Below are positions 1-10,328 of a stretch of 64,000 nt of DNA, piece by piece. A model generated the notes under the pieces. The model had not been told where the DNA came from, did no database searches, and was given only the letters and a program-made list of their open reading frames with translations. Origin of the DNA: an uncultured Nitrospiraceae bacterium (lineage in GTDB: Bacteria; Nitrospirota; Nitrospiria; Nitrospirales; Nitrospiraceae); NCBI GenBank assembly GCA_963706325.1, contig CAVPLT010000004.1, positions 736,001 through 800,000 of the forward strand, read 5' to 3'. Made by a program: the position numbers and the translations under genes. Every line of letters starts with the position of its first letter. Position 1 is the first letter of the stretch.

Positions 1-2110
1 CGTCGTATCGGACTCGGCTCTGCGGCGTACTCAGCCCGTTTTGGAGGCACAGATCACCCTCACGAAGCAAAACTTGGCGGAGCTGGACGAGCAATTCAAG
101 AAAATGCGTGATGAACAGCAGTTGGTGGGCCGTGACTTGGACAGTCAACAATTGCGGCAGCGGCAGCTGGCGGCGGAAGGTGAGGTGGTCACCGCCGAGA
201 CCCTGCGCCGCGCCCGTTCAAGGCGAGATGAAGGCTGGGCCCTGATCCGTAGCGCCTATATCGAGCAGACTCAAAATGCCGCTGATCTTGCCCACGCCTT
301 CGATCCGGCCAAACCATTGCCGGAAGCCTTCGAAGCAACCATGAGCGAAGCTGATCGACAAGCCGATTTGCTACGCGCTGATGCCAAGCGGGCCGCCGGC
401 TTGGAGGAATGTTCCGTTCGAATCGCGCAGATGGACGCGCGTTGGAGCGAGATCGACCGTGACATGGCGGCCCTTGCCACCCGACGCGGCGAACTTCTGG
501 CTTCATGGGCTCAGCGGCTGCGGGAGGCCGGTCTTCCGCAGCTTGATCCGGACATATTACGCGAATGGCAAGGGAGGCGACATGATGCCCTGCAGGTGGC
601 CGAACGGGTGGCAGCGTTACGCGCTGATCGTGATCGGCTTGTTCAAGAAACTCGTGAAGCCGCGTCGAGTATTGCCGAAGCGCTTCGGGCGAGTCGCTGT
701 CCTCTAACGGAAGCGAAGGTCGGAGTGGTGAATACACTGCCGTCGTTGATCGAGCAGGCCCTGCGATGGGAGCGGAGCGCCGTGGAGGTTGAAGCTGATC
801 GCAGCGCGAAGCGTAAGGCTGCGCATACCCAGCGAGCCGAACGCGAGAAGGTGGGATGCCTGCTGGCCGAGACCGAGGCCGAAGCGCAGCGCCATGTATC
901 CGCTCTGCAGGGATGGCATGCCAGATTGTTCCTGCCGTCCGGCACGATTCCAGATGCCGTCAAAGCCCGCTTGAATGAACTGGACAGCCTGGTCTGCCAG
1001 GCGTCGTCACTCAGCGACGCGAAACAGCGACAGGCCCATGTCCAAGCCATATTGGATGACCTTGGCAATCAGTCCGTCCAACTGGCCCTGCTTCTCGGTG
1101 ACACGATCCCTCAAGCTGCAGAGGACTTTGCCGATCGGCTGCGAGCACGATTGGCTGCGGCACGAGCCGGCGACCATGAGCGGGACACGTTGCTACGAGA
1201 CCGGCAGAAGGCGATGGACAAACAGCGGCAGGCTGAACTAGACCAATCTACGCAACAGGCTTTATTGGCGCAACTCTGCCTCGTTGCGGCTGTCGAGAGC
1301 GTCGAGAAACTTCCCGATCTTGAAGAGGGGGCCGCTCGCAAGCGAGCGGCTCACAAGTCTCTTCGGCAGGTGCGCCAGCAGATTGCCGCCGCATCATCGC
1401 GCTCTGAGGAGCAGCTTCGTCAGAAGCTCTCCGGCCGTGATGCCCTCACGATCGACGCCGAGCGCGCACATTGCCGCGAGGAGACCACTCGTCGCGAGCA
1501 GGCGCTGTCTGCCGCACGACAAGCCGAGGAACAGGCTCGCCGCGCATTGGAGGGCATCGACTCTTCCGACCGTGCCGCCCTGGCACGGGAGGCTATGGAA
1601 GCGGCGGCCGCCCGCTACCGCTCAGCCATCCGGCCCTGGGCCAGACTGAAATTGGCCCGTGCGCTGTTGCGGGAGGCTCTGAACCGTTTTCGCGAACGGG
1701 CGCAGGGGCCCATGGTCACTCTGGCTTCCAGCTACTTTTCTCTCATTACCGGCGGCCTGTATGAACGATTGGTAACGGATGATACAGAAGAACAGCCGAT
1801 TCTCTGCGCGCTCCGAGCCGGTGGCAGTCGAATCAAGGTCGAGGAAATGAGCGAAGGAACGGCAGATCAGCTCTATCTCGCGTTGCGTTTGGCCGCGCTG
1901 GAACTGCGGCGAACGTCACATCCGCAGATGCCGCTCGTGCTGGACGATGCCCTCATTACGTCCGACGATGAGCGAGCGGGAAACATCCTGCGGGCGTTGG
2001 CACGGTTCGCCGAGGGCGGACAGGTGATGATCTTTACCCACCACCGGCATTTGCTTGAGGTGGCGCGAGCGGCTCTCCGGGACCAAGCCGTCATCGCGCA
2101 TCACTTGTGA
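1..2110 (+). CDS. YhaN-like AAA/SMC-type ATPase, C-terminal part (gene begins before the window)
   Basis: Long coiled coil, then signature MSEGTADQLYLALRLA, Walker B/D-loop PLVLDDALITSDDER and H-loop FTHH. The frame appears open back to the window edge. Confidence 0.85.
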   Translation, partial: VVSDSALRRTQPVLEAQITLTKQNLAELDEQFKKMRDEQQLVGRDLDSQQLRQRQLAAEGEVVTAETLRRARSRRDEGWALIRSAYIEQTQNAADLAHAFDPAKPLPEAFEATMSEADRQADLLRADAKRAAGLEECSVRIAQMDARWSEIDRDMAALATRRGELLASWAQRLREAGLPQLDPDILREWQGRRHDALQVAERVAALRADRDRLVQETREAASSIAEALRASRCPLTEAKVGVVNTLPSLIEQALRWERSAVEVEADRSAKRKAAHTQRAEREKVGCLLAETEAEAQRHVSALQGWHARLFLPSGTIPDAVKARLNELDSLVCQASSLSDAKQRQAHVQAILDDLGNQSVQLALLLGDTIPQAAEDFADRLRARLAAARAGDHERDTLLRDRQKAMDKQRQAELDQSTQQALLAQLCLVAAVESVEKLPDLEEGAARKRAAHKSLRQVRQQIAAASSRSEEQLRQKLSGRDALTIDAERAHCREETTRREQALSAARQAEEQARRALEGIDSSDRAALAREAMEAAAARYRSAIRPWARLKLARALLREALNRFRERAQGPMVTLASSYFSLITGGLYERLVTDDTEEQPILCALRAGGSRIKVEEMSEGTADQLYLALRLAALELRRTSHPQMPLVLDDALITSDDERAGNILRALARFAEGGQVMIFTHHRHLLEVARAALRDQAVIAHHL

Positions 2111-2153
2111 ATCCTTCCGACCTGTCTCCTGCCCTCCACGAGGGAATCCTCAT

Positions 2154-2460
2154 TCAGCGTCCCTCAGGAACCGGCTCGGGTCGACTTCCTTGCGGAAACT
2201 CGCGTCCAATCACCGGATCAAGGTTGAAAGCCACGCTGATGCGCGGCACGACGCCTCGATAGGTCGTGACTGCGTGGAAGAGCCATCCGGGGAAGAGCAC
2301 GCATTGGCCGGTTAGGGGAGTGAACGCGATATTCCTGCCCGCGTCATGGAGTTCCGGCATGTTGTAGTTGAGGTAGGGCGCCAGCATGCGCGGTAGGCAT
2401 CCTCTCGGATCCTAGAGTTGTAGGTCTCGCTGATGATGACCGCTCGCTCCGTCGACATGG
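2154..2460 (-). pseudogene. Fragment of putative 2OG-Fe(II) oxygenase (TIGR02466-like)
   Basis: C-terminal motif LFPGWLFHAV...PRISVAFN. The upstream in-frame reading DLQL*DPRG has a TAG at 2412-2414. No recognisable N-terminal HxH part. Confidence 0.55.
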
Positions 2461-2652
2461 AATAGCTCTCTCAGGGTTCCGCCACCGTCGACGGCGCGTA
2501 CCGTATCGTTGGGAACACAGCCAACGTCTAATTGCGTCGCGAAGGCACGAAACGAACGGTGGAAAACGCTGCGCCTAGGGGTGTTGCCTAGTATGGGATT
2601 TCAGAGATCGGCGCTACAGTCGTACGACCGCGCATGGGCTGGAGGGTGAAGA

Positions 2653-2904
2653 ATGTCGGAGGAGACAAAAGATCTGCAGATGGCCGGCTGCCAAGTGCAT
2701 CTGACCTTTCATGCACTCTCAGGTGGACAATGGACGGTAGTCGGTGTCGTTCGATGCGGAGTGGACGAAAATCAGGGCGAGCAGTCGGTGGCGACCGGAC
2801 CATTTCCGAGCCGCGAAGAGGCGGAACAGGACGTCCTGGGCAGAATAGGGAACATCCTGGGTAACAACATTGATCGGAGCAGTTCGGGGGTTAAGAACTA
2901 TTAG
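2653..2904 (+). CDS. Hypothetical protein (83 aa)
   Basis: GGAGGG RBS before ATG; protein-like composition. Confidence 0.6.
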   Translation: MSEETKDLQMAGCQVHLTFHALSGGQWTVVGVVRCGVDENQGEQSVATGPFPSREEAEQDVLGRIGNILGNNIDRSSSGVKNY

Positions 2905-3051
2905 CCGAATCCAGAAACCGTCTCTGTCGTCCAGCACCCGTCTAAGTCTGTCTCTCCACCGATACCATTGCCCGCACATCTGTTTCATTGGCCGAGAGGT
3001 AGGGCCGTATCGATGGTCCGCTTTGTCTAACCTCCTGCTAAGACATTTTGA

Positions 3052-3811
<760 letters not shown>

Positions 3812-3830
3812 CGATCCCCGTCGACTGGCG

Positions 3831-4448
3831 CTAAACGACCTTGGCTATGGAGTGGAGAGGCTTCAAGGGATGGTGTAACAGAGGCGGGCCAAGTGGAAAC
3901 AGGGCCTTGCCGGTGAAAGCCTGGGTGAGACTGCCGACGGCATGATAAAAGGCCATCAGGCCCACGATGATGTGTCCGATGCCTGGAAGCAGATCGGTGA
4001 TAAAGTCCAGCCTGGCAAAGGTCGTCGCCAACAGGGTCATCGTAATGACGACATGCAGGGCGCTGAGGGTGAGAGTTCGATAGGCCGTGAGATAGACCAT
4101 GACGGCAGAAAAGACAGCGTATACGAGATCAATGGGAGCGTACAGAGCATTGTCGAACTGGAACGTTGTGCTTGCGCTGACCAGTTTGACTGTGCACAGA
4201 GTGAGCCAGAGAAATCCATACATGGTCAATGCGGTGCCGCCCAGTTGTTCGTTGTAGCGAATGTCTGTAATCCCCGCGAGAAGTTGCACGACCCCGCCGA
4301 AGATCAGGGCGATGACCAGTGCCCCGACGAGATTCTTGTGAGGGATCCAGCCTAACTGTCCTACCCCAAGGGTGAGCGCCCCAACCGCCAAACCGAACAG
4401 GCCGATCGCCAGCACATCGATTCTTCGACTCTGATTATCTTCGATCAT
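3831..4448 (-). CDS. GPR1/FUN34/YaaH (SatP-like) acetate/short-acid transporter family protein
   Basis: About 6 TM segments; IGLFGL, FGGVVQLLAG and GTALTMYGFLW motifs. Start placed at MIEDNQ after a GGAGG RBS. Confidence 0.75.
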   Translation of the reverse strand: MIEDNQSRRIDVLAIGLFGLAVGALTLGVGQLGWIPHKNLVGALVIALIFGGVVQLLAGITDIRYNEQLGGTALTMYGFLWLTLCTVKLVSASTTFQFDNALYAPIDLVYAVFSAVMVYLTAYRTLTLSALHVVITMTLLATTFARLDFITDLLPGIGHIIVGLMAFYHAVGSLTQAFTGKALFPLGPPLLHHPLKPLHSIAKVV

Positions 4449-4676
4449 CGCGGTTCGCCTCCGACGCGAGCAGAGTGGGCGAGGGTTAGTACCAATCTGT
4501 TTCAGAAATGAACGGAAGCAAGGATGCAAGAGCCACGCACAAAAGGCAAGCAGGAAAATGTCGACCGACGCTTGGCTTTCCCGCGCGTTTTTCTGGGGGG
4601 ATGATGAGGATTTTGTGACAGGCGAGCCTTGAGGACCCGCTGATCGCGTCTATTTGAGGCCGAGCTCCGAGAAAGT

Positions 4677-4997
4677 TCAGCGATCGGATGACCCGGGCGG
4701 CCGTTCAAAGTCCGCTGAGGCGAGAAATTTTTCGAGGCGATTTAGCTGCAGCGGCTGGATGGACAGAAATTGGATACCGCGCTCTTTTCCACGCGCCCAT
4801 CGCACTGCGCCCAGATCCACAAGGACCGGCGGTTCTTCGTAGGCAAGTGACAGTCTGAGTGAAAGGTAGGTATTGACCGGTAACTGGTCGCCACATTCGA
4901 TGCGACAACCTTCAATCGAGAGATCCAGCAACGTTCCTTCGCCGGCGGCCGCGGAAGTTGTTGAAAGGGATATCTGGTAATGAACTTTCTGGTGCAT
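4677..4997 (-). CDS. Stand-alone PilZ domain protein
   Basis: GTLLDLSIEGCRI (D/NxSxxG), AVRW and GIQF motifs. Confidence 0.8.
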   Translation of the reverse strand: MHQKVHYQISLSTTSAAAGEGTLLDLSIEGCRIECGDQLPVNTYLSLRLSLAYEEPPVLVDLGAVRWARGKERGIQFLSIQPLQLNRLEKFLASADFERPPGSSDR

Positions 4998-5343
4998 TGT
5001 GATCCGGCCTTCTAACCTGACAAAGGTCGGGTCTATGTTTAGTGGAACGGTATTGATAGGAGTGACCCATGAGGCGAATCTCTAAATAATACAGCTCAGT
5101 AACTTTGCGGGTTCCCCCGCGACATTCAGCATAGAGGGCCTTAGAAACATGACGGGCATTCGCTATTGAAGACACATATCACAAGACGCATATGTAGGCG
5201 ATCACGATAATGTCTCCGACCGTTTGGAGTTGGGAAAATCCCTAGGGTCATTCGTATCTGGTCACGGTCCCTCGGTGGCAGGGGTCCAGTTTGATTTTTC
5301 AATCCACCGCCTTTTAGAATGCCGCCACCCATCACGACTGGTT

Positions 5344-6066
5344 ATGCTTACGAACTCACGCGCTCAAAAGCCTCAGCGTCCTAAAAAACAGTCGTCCAAG
5401 CAGACCGTCAAGCTGGCCCGCGGCCATAAACAGCGTTTTCAACAACGCCTCCTGAAATGGTACAAGCAGCACGGGCGCGACCTGCCCTGGAGGAAAACGT
5501 CGGATCCCTACCATATTCTCGTTTCAGAGGTGATGTTACAGCAGACGCAGGTTGACCGCGTCATCCCGAAGTATCATGAGTTTTTGGAGCGCTATCCGTC
5601 ATTTGAAGAACTTGCCGGGGCGCCCGTCGCCGAGGTCAAGCAAACCTGGTACCCCTTGGGATACAACATTCGTCCAGAACGGCTGCACAGTATCGCCTGT
5701 GAAACCGTCGTTCGGTATGGCGGCAAGCTCCCCAATGACGCTGATGAGCTGTTGTCCTTCAAAGGAATCGGTCGCTATACGGCGGGAGCGATTCGTTCGT
5801 TCGCGTTTAATGAGGATGCGCCCATCCTAGACACGAATGTGATCCGCGTGCTACATCGCGTGTTCATTGCGACCGGCGATCCCAAGACACAGAAGGCAGC
5901 TTTGTGGGAACTGTCCGAGGTCTTAATCCCTCGCGGGAAAGGATATGATTTTAATCAAGCCCTCATGGATTTCGGCGCCACGGTCTGCGCGGCTCGAGAT
6001 CCTTACTGCCTCCTCTGTCCGATGAAAACATTTTGTAAGACCTTCCCGTTCGAGGGCAGGAAGTGA
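5344..6066 (+). CDS. mutY: A/G-specific adenine glycosylase (short form without C-terminal NUDIX-like domain)
   Basis: RDLPWR, SEVMLQQTQV, HhH GIGRYTA, DTNVIRV and the 4Fe-4S motif CAARDPYCLLCPMKTFC. Confidence 0.92.
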   Translation: MLTNSRAQKPQRPKKQSSKQTVKLARGHKQRFQQRLLKWYKQHGRDLPWRKTSDPYHILVSEVMLQQTQVDRVIPKYHEFLERYPSFEELAGAPVAEVKQTWYPLGYNIRPERLHSIACETVVRYGGKLPNDADELLSFKGIGRYTAGAIRSFAFNEDAPILDTNVIRVLHRVFIATGDPKTQKAALWELSEVLIPRGKGYDFNQALMDFGATVCAARDPYCLLCPMKTFCKTFPFEGRK

Positions 6067-6084
6067 CGAGGTTCACGATTCTTC

Positions 6085-6477
6085 ATGAAGGTCATCGAGG
6101 TGGCGGCAGGCTTGATCATTCACGAGGGGCGTTATCTCATTGCGCGTCGAAAACAGGGTGTACATCTCGGTGGTTTGTGGGAATTTCCTGGCGGCAAGCG
6201 GGAAGCAGGCGAAACATTGGAGGAGTGTCTGCATCGGGAATTGTGGGAAGAGTTGAACGTGCGCATCGATATCCCCGTTCCCTTCCAGATCGTACATCAT
6301 GAATATCCCGAGAAAATTGTGGAACTGCATTTCTTCCGCTGCCGGATCGAGTCAGGCGAGGCGATCGCGCAGGATTGTGCGGAACTTCGATGGGTCTATC
6401 CTCATGAGATGGCCGCGTTCCAGTTTCCTTCGGCCGATCAGACCATTATCGCGGCGCTTCAGCAGGAAAGGGTGTAA
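6085..6477 (+). CDS. mutT: 8-oxo-dGTP diphosphatase (NUDIX)
   Basis: LWEFPGGKREAGETLEECLHRELWEE Nudix box. Confidence 0.88.
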   Translation: MKVIEVAAGLIIHEGRYLIARRKQGVHLGGLWEFPGGKREAGETLEECLHRELWEELNVRIDIPVPFQIVHHEYPEKIVELHFFRCRIESGEAIAQDCAELRWVYPHEMAAFQFPSADQTIIAALQQERV

Positions 6478-6483
6478 GGGCGC

Positions 6484-7200
6484 GTGAAGGTCGTGCTCGA
6501 CATAGAAACGGTTCAGGCTCCAAGAGAGGAATGGGCCCGTCTGGCCGGGAGGCAGCTCACCTGCGGGGCCGCGGCGTTCGTCGAAACGGGAGGGGATTTG
6601 TTCGCGGTCGCGGAAGCCGAGGCGCTACAGCGCCTTGATGAGGAGCTGTACGAAAAATCTTCGTTCGACGGAACCTTCAGCAAAATAGTTTGTATCGGGC
6701 TCCTGGAATTTTCTGACAATCTTGATCCTCGCGGTGCGACCTCCTGGTACGGTGAGAATGAACAGGAGTTGTTGCGCAGGTTCTGGGCCCACCTGGCGCA
6801 GCTGCGCCCGTCATTGTTCATTACGCACAACGGCCTCAATTTCGACCTGCCCTTTATTAAGAAGCGCTCGATCATCCACCAGGTGAGGCCGACCATGGAG
6901 ATCAATCTGGCCAAGTTTCGGTCAGAACCGGTCTACGACACCATGTCCATCTGGAGTAATTGGGACAATCGCGGGTGGGTCAAACTCGACGTCCTGGCGC
7001 GGGCGCTCAACGTGGAAAGCAAGTCTGGGAGCGGGTCCCAGGTGGCGCAAATGTGGGCTGATGGACAGGGGAAAGAGATCGCGCTGTACTGTCTACAAGA
7101 TACCTATGTGACCTACGGATGCTATTGCCGCATGAACTTCAAGCAGCCGATTTCACGAGAGGTGGTGCTGCTGAGGCCAGAATTGATCGATGTAGGGTGA
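6484..7200 (+). CDS. PolB-like 3'-5' exonuclease / RNase H-like domain protein
   Basis: ExoI LDIET, ExoII HNGLNFDLPF and ExoIII YCLQD. Confidence 0.85.
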   Translation: MKVVLDIETVQAPREEWARLAGRQLTCGAAAFVETGGDLFAVAEAEALQRLDEELYEKSSFDGTFSKIVCIGLLEFSDNLDPRGATSWYGENEQELLRRFWAHLAQLRPSLFITHNGLNFDLPFIKKRSIIHQVRPTMEINLAKFRSEPVYDTMSIWSNWDNRGWVKLDVLARALNVESKSGSGSQVAQMWADGQGKEIALYCLQDTYVTYGCYCRMNFKQPISREVVLLRPELIDVG

Positions 7201-7217
7201 GCGAATAGAGCCGGGGG

Positions 7218-8273
7218 TCAGCGAATGGTGAGCTCCGCGCTGTGGCGCTTATCCGGTTTTGACTGAGTCTGCCTGGTGCTTTTCACGGCCCGAAGTTCCT
7301 TGTCCCTCGTTTCAAGCTGTGTGCGCATTGATTCCAAATCTCTCCGTAGCGCGCTGATTTTGGCATCTTTCCGAGCCATCGCTCGCCGTGCATCTTCCAA
7401 TTCCTGCAGCGTTTCGCTTAATCGTTCGTCCTGAAGCGGTGAGGCCTGCATCGCAGGTTTGTCCATTCCCGGTTGTGCCACCGTCGGCGAGTTTTTGGAA
7501 GGCTGTTCGTCTGTGGCGGCGGCAACCAAAACTCGAGGAGGCGTCAGTTGCTGAACCGGTTGAGACGTCGGTACGGCTGTTGCCGCCGTCACCTTCGGAC
7601 CCGGCTTCGGCTGCTTGGCAAACAGAAATTCCCTATAGTCGATGGCAAGAGACTTAAGATCTTGTCGGCCATGGGCGATTGAGGGCAAGGCCGGCTCGAT
7701 CTGCCCGGCTGATTCCGGGGCAATCGTCACGACGCGCGCGGGTCGTCCGCCGCTAAACCACGACGCTTCGATTTTCTCAAGCGGGCCCTGGTGCTCGCTC
7801 AGAGTGAGGTAGAGCCTATCGTTCCGAACGTAAAGGGTGCCCGCGGTGGGTTCAGAGCCTGACCCTGCCGATGAGGACAGATGGAAAGCGACCACATATT
7901 CAGGTCGCGCTTGAGACAACGCTTGGGCTAGCAGGGGAGCAAGAAATCGAACGTCCTCATCGCTGAATACTCTCATCGGCTTGCTGCCATCCACGGGCAA
8001 ATTGGATCCATCCTGATGTGCGTCAGAGATCATGACAGCGCGCAACAGACTATCGATGGTGACGGCCTCGAGGGCGCTGGGGTGAGCAGCTTCAAATTCC
8101 CAATCGGCAACTTCTTCGAGCCGGACAGAACCGGTCGGTTGTGTCGCGGATGTTGGGTGCTCGACCACCGAAGTCGACGAACAGCCTGCGGCCAGGGCTC
8201 CCATCAAGGTTAATCCCAGTAATCCGGAGGTCAAGGTCTGCGTGAGGGGATCGTGAGAGCCGCGGATTCGCAT
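7218..8273 (-). CDS. Hypothetical lipoprotein with C-terminal coiled coil
   Basis: Lipobox LAAGC after a hydrophobic stretch; heptad-rich C-terminus. Confidence 0.75.
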   Translation of the reverse strand: MRIRGSHDPLTQTLTSGLLGLTLMGALAAGCSSTSVVEHPTSATQPTGSVRLEEVADWEFEAAHPSALEAVTIDSLLRAVMISDAHQDGSNLPVDGSKPMRVFSDEDVRFLAPLLAQALSQARPEYVVAFHLSSSAGSGSEPTAGTLYVRNDRLYLTLSEHQGPLEKIEASWFSGGRPARVVTIAPESAGQIEPALPSIAHGRQDLKSLAIDYREFLFAKQPKPGPKVTAATAVPTSQPVQQLTPPRVLVAAATDEQPSKNSPTVAQPGMDKPAMQASPLQDERLSETLQELEDARRAMARKDAKISALRRDLESMRTQLETRDKELRAVKSTRQTQSKPDKRHSAELTIR

Positions 8274-8357
8274 GGCGTCTTCCTTCTCGGCTGGTTGAGC
8301 GAAGGGATCAATTGGCGCGGCTTCATGACGAAGGCGCGTGCTGACAGAAAATTTTGG

Positions 8358-8489
8358 CTACCAGATGCCGAGGCCCATCATCACCACCCCGAGGGCCATC
8401 CACCCGAAGACGCCGACAGCGATGATGGTTTCCAAGCTCATGCCTCGCGGGGCCTCTTCTGCGCAACTCTGAACGGTCTCTTTCTTCAT
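8358..8489 (-). CDS. Small single-TM protein (43 aa, MKKETVQSCAEEAPRGMSLETIIAVGVFGWMALGVVMMGLGIW), not in ORF track
   Basis: Read from sequence; AGAGGA RBS, one TM helix, sigma54 motif upstream. Confidence 0.6.
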   Translation of the reverse strand: MKKETVQSCAEEAPRGMSLETIIAVGVFGWMALGVVMMGLGIW

Positions 8490-8559
8490 GATGGGCGGTC
8501 CTCTAGGAGCAGGGTCTGAGGTTGATCAACAAAGTGTTTCTAGTTGCGAGAATGGACCA

Positions 8560-8575
8560 AGCAAAGGCTATGCCC
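8560..8575 (-). promoter_or_regulatory. Putative sigma54 -24/-12 promoter
   Basis: Minus strand GGGCATAGCCTTTGCT (GG-N10-GC). Confidence 0.55.
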
Positions 8576-8963
8576 TGTTTCCATGAACTTACGGAGCAAT
8601 GTTCGGCATCCCCTGGAGCTGAGAAATGAGGGTGAGGCGAGGAACGATGCAGGAAAGCTCGTGGCGAAGGAGGCTGACTAAGCTATTGATGTTTCAAGAC
8701 AGAAAAGTCCCTTCGTTGGGAATGGTTGGCGCCAGTGAAGCCCTTTGTGAAACCGGGAACGGAGCGACCAGTGAACGTGAAGGCTCACGCATAGGCTGTC
8801 AGTCTGACGAAAGTGGCGTCTAAAAATTGGCAACGGTTGTTCAGGACTGAGCACCATGTCCTCAACGACAGGGCGTGATCGACCTGTTGCGGTCGGGCCC
8901 CGGTGGAGACGTGACGATCTTGATGCGAAGCCGGCGCCATGCTGTGCAGGTGACGGGAACGAT

Positions 8964-10328
8964 TCACGAGAGGGCTGGGGTGGAATCACGCCGTCCCATG
9001 AGTACGGCGGCACTCGCATCGAGGATCGTAATGGGGTGAATGTCACCGACCGAGGCAGGAGCATCGCTCTTATTCCAGATGACCGTGATGTTGGTATTGG
9101 TGCGCCCCATCCATTGATCGGAGGATCGTTTCGAATCGCTCTCGACCATGACCGGGAGCGTTCGTCCGATCAGGTCCCGATTGACGCGGGCCGTAATCGG
9201 GCGCTGCAAGTCCACCAGACGGCCGACTCGTTCACCCTTCACTTGTTCCGGGACGTCGTCCGGGAACTTGCGCGCCGCGATGGTATTTTTTCGCTCGGAA
9301 TATTTGAAGATATAAGCAGAGTGATAATTGATGTCCTGAACCACGTGATACGTGTCGAGGAAGTCTTCTTCGGTTTCCGAGCAAAACCCGCAGATAATAT
9401 CAGTCGTCAAGGCAATTTCAGGATGTCGGCGCCGAATGTGCGTGGCCAGGTTGAGATAATCCTTCCGGCTGTAGGTGCGATTCATCAGCTCGAGGATGCG
9501 GTCATTGCCGGACTGCAGAGGCAGGTGGATGTGCTTGCAGATGTTCGGATGTCCGGCCACGGCGTCCAGCAATGCGCTGGGAAAGTCTTTCGGGTGTGGG
9601 GAGGTAAAACGAACCCGTTGGACTCCCGGCACCTCCGCCACGGCAAGAATCAAACGGGCAAAATCCCAGTCGCCATGTCGGTAGGAATTGACGTTTTGTC
9701 CCAGCAACGTGATTTGTGTATGACCATTTTGAACGGAGGCCTCCACTTCGCGAAGCACACCTTCGGCATCGCGTGAACGCTCGCGTCCACGCGTGTAGGG
9801 CACCACACAGAAGCTGCAGAAGTTGTCGCACCCGCGCATGATGGCGATCCAGGCATTGATGCCGCTGTCGCGCTCCGGAAGTATATCGTCGTAGGTTTCA
9901 TATTCCGAGAGATCAACGGCCAGTCCGCGCCGCGTCAGTCCCTCTTCACCGGCGTTCAGGGCGTTCAACAACAATCCGGGCAACTGCCGGTATCCATCTG
10001 GACCCACGAGCACATCCACGAGCGGTTGTTTGTCGGTCAACTCTTCCTTGAGGTTTTGCGCCATGCATCCAAGCACACCGACCACAAGCGGGCGTTGCTC
10101 CTTCACGGCTTTCAGTTCGGCGAGGTGTCCATAGACTTTGTTATGGGCATTTTCTCGAATTGCGCAGGTATTCATGAGCATGACGTCGGCGCGTTCCCGA
10201 TCCTCGGTAAACTGAAACCCTGCTTTGCGGAGCAAGGACCGGACGAGCTCCGAGTCGTACTCGTTCATCTGGCAACCGAAGGTTTCTATATGGACCTGAT
10301 GGGGTTTGTCTGGCTGTTTCATGGTCAT
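8964..10328 (-). CDS. miaB: tRNA ms2i6A37 methylthiotransferase
   Basis: TFGCQMNEYDSE, NTCAIRENA, radical SAM CDNFCSFC, RGRERSR and TRAM domain. Confidence 0.93.
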   Translation of the reverse strand: MTMKQPDKPHQVHIETFGCQMNEYDSELVRSLLRKAGFQFTEDRERADVMLMNTCAIRENAHNKVYGHLAELKAVKEQRPLVVGVLGCMAQNLKEELTDKQPLVDVLVGPDGYRQLPGLLLNALNAGEEGLTRRGLAVDLSEYETYDDILPERDSGINAWIAIMRGCDNFCSFCVVPYTRGRERSRDAEGVLREVEASVQNGHTQITLLGQNVNSYRHGDWDFARLILAVAEVPGVQRVRFTSPHPKDFPSALLDAVAGHPNICKHIHLPLQSGNDRILELMNRTYSRKDYLNLATHIRRRHPEIALTTDIICGFCSETEEDFLDTYHVVQDINYHSAYIFKYSERKNTIAARKFPDDVPEQVKGERVGRLVDLQRPITARVNRDLIGRTLPVMVESDSKRSSDQWMGRTNTNITVIWNKSDAPASVGDIHPITILDASAAVLMGRRDSTPALS

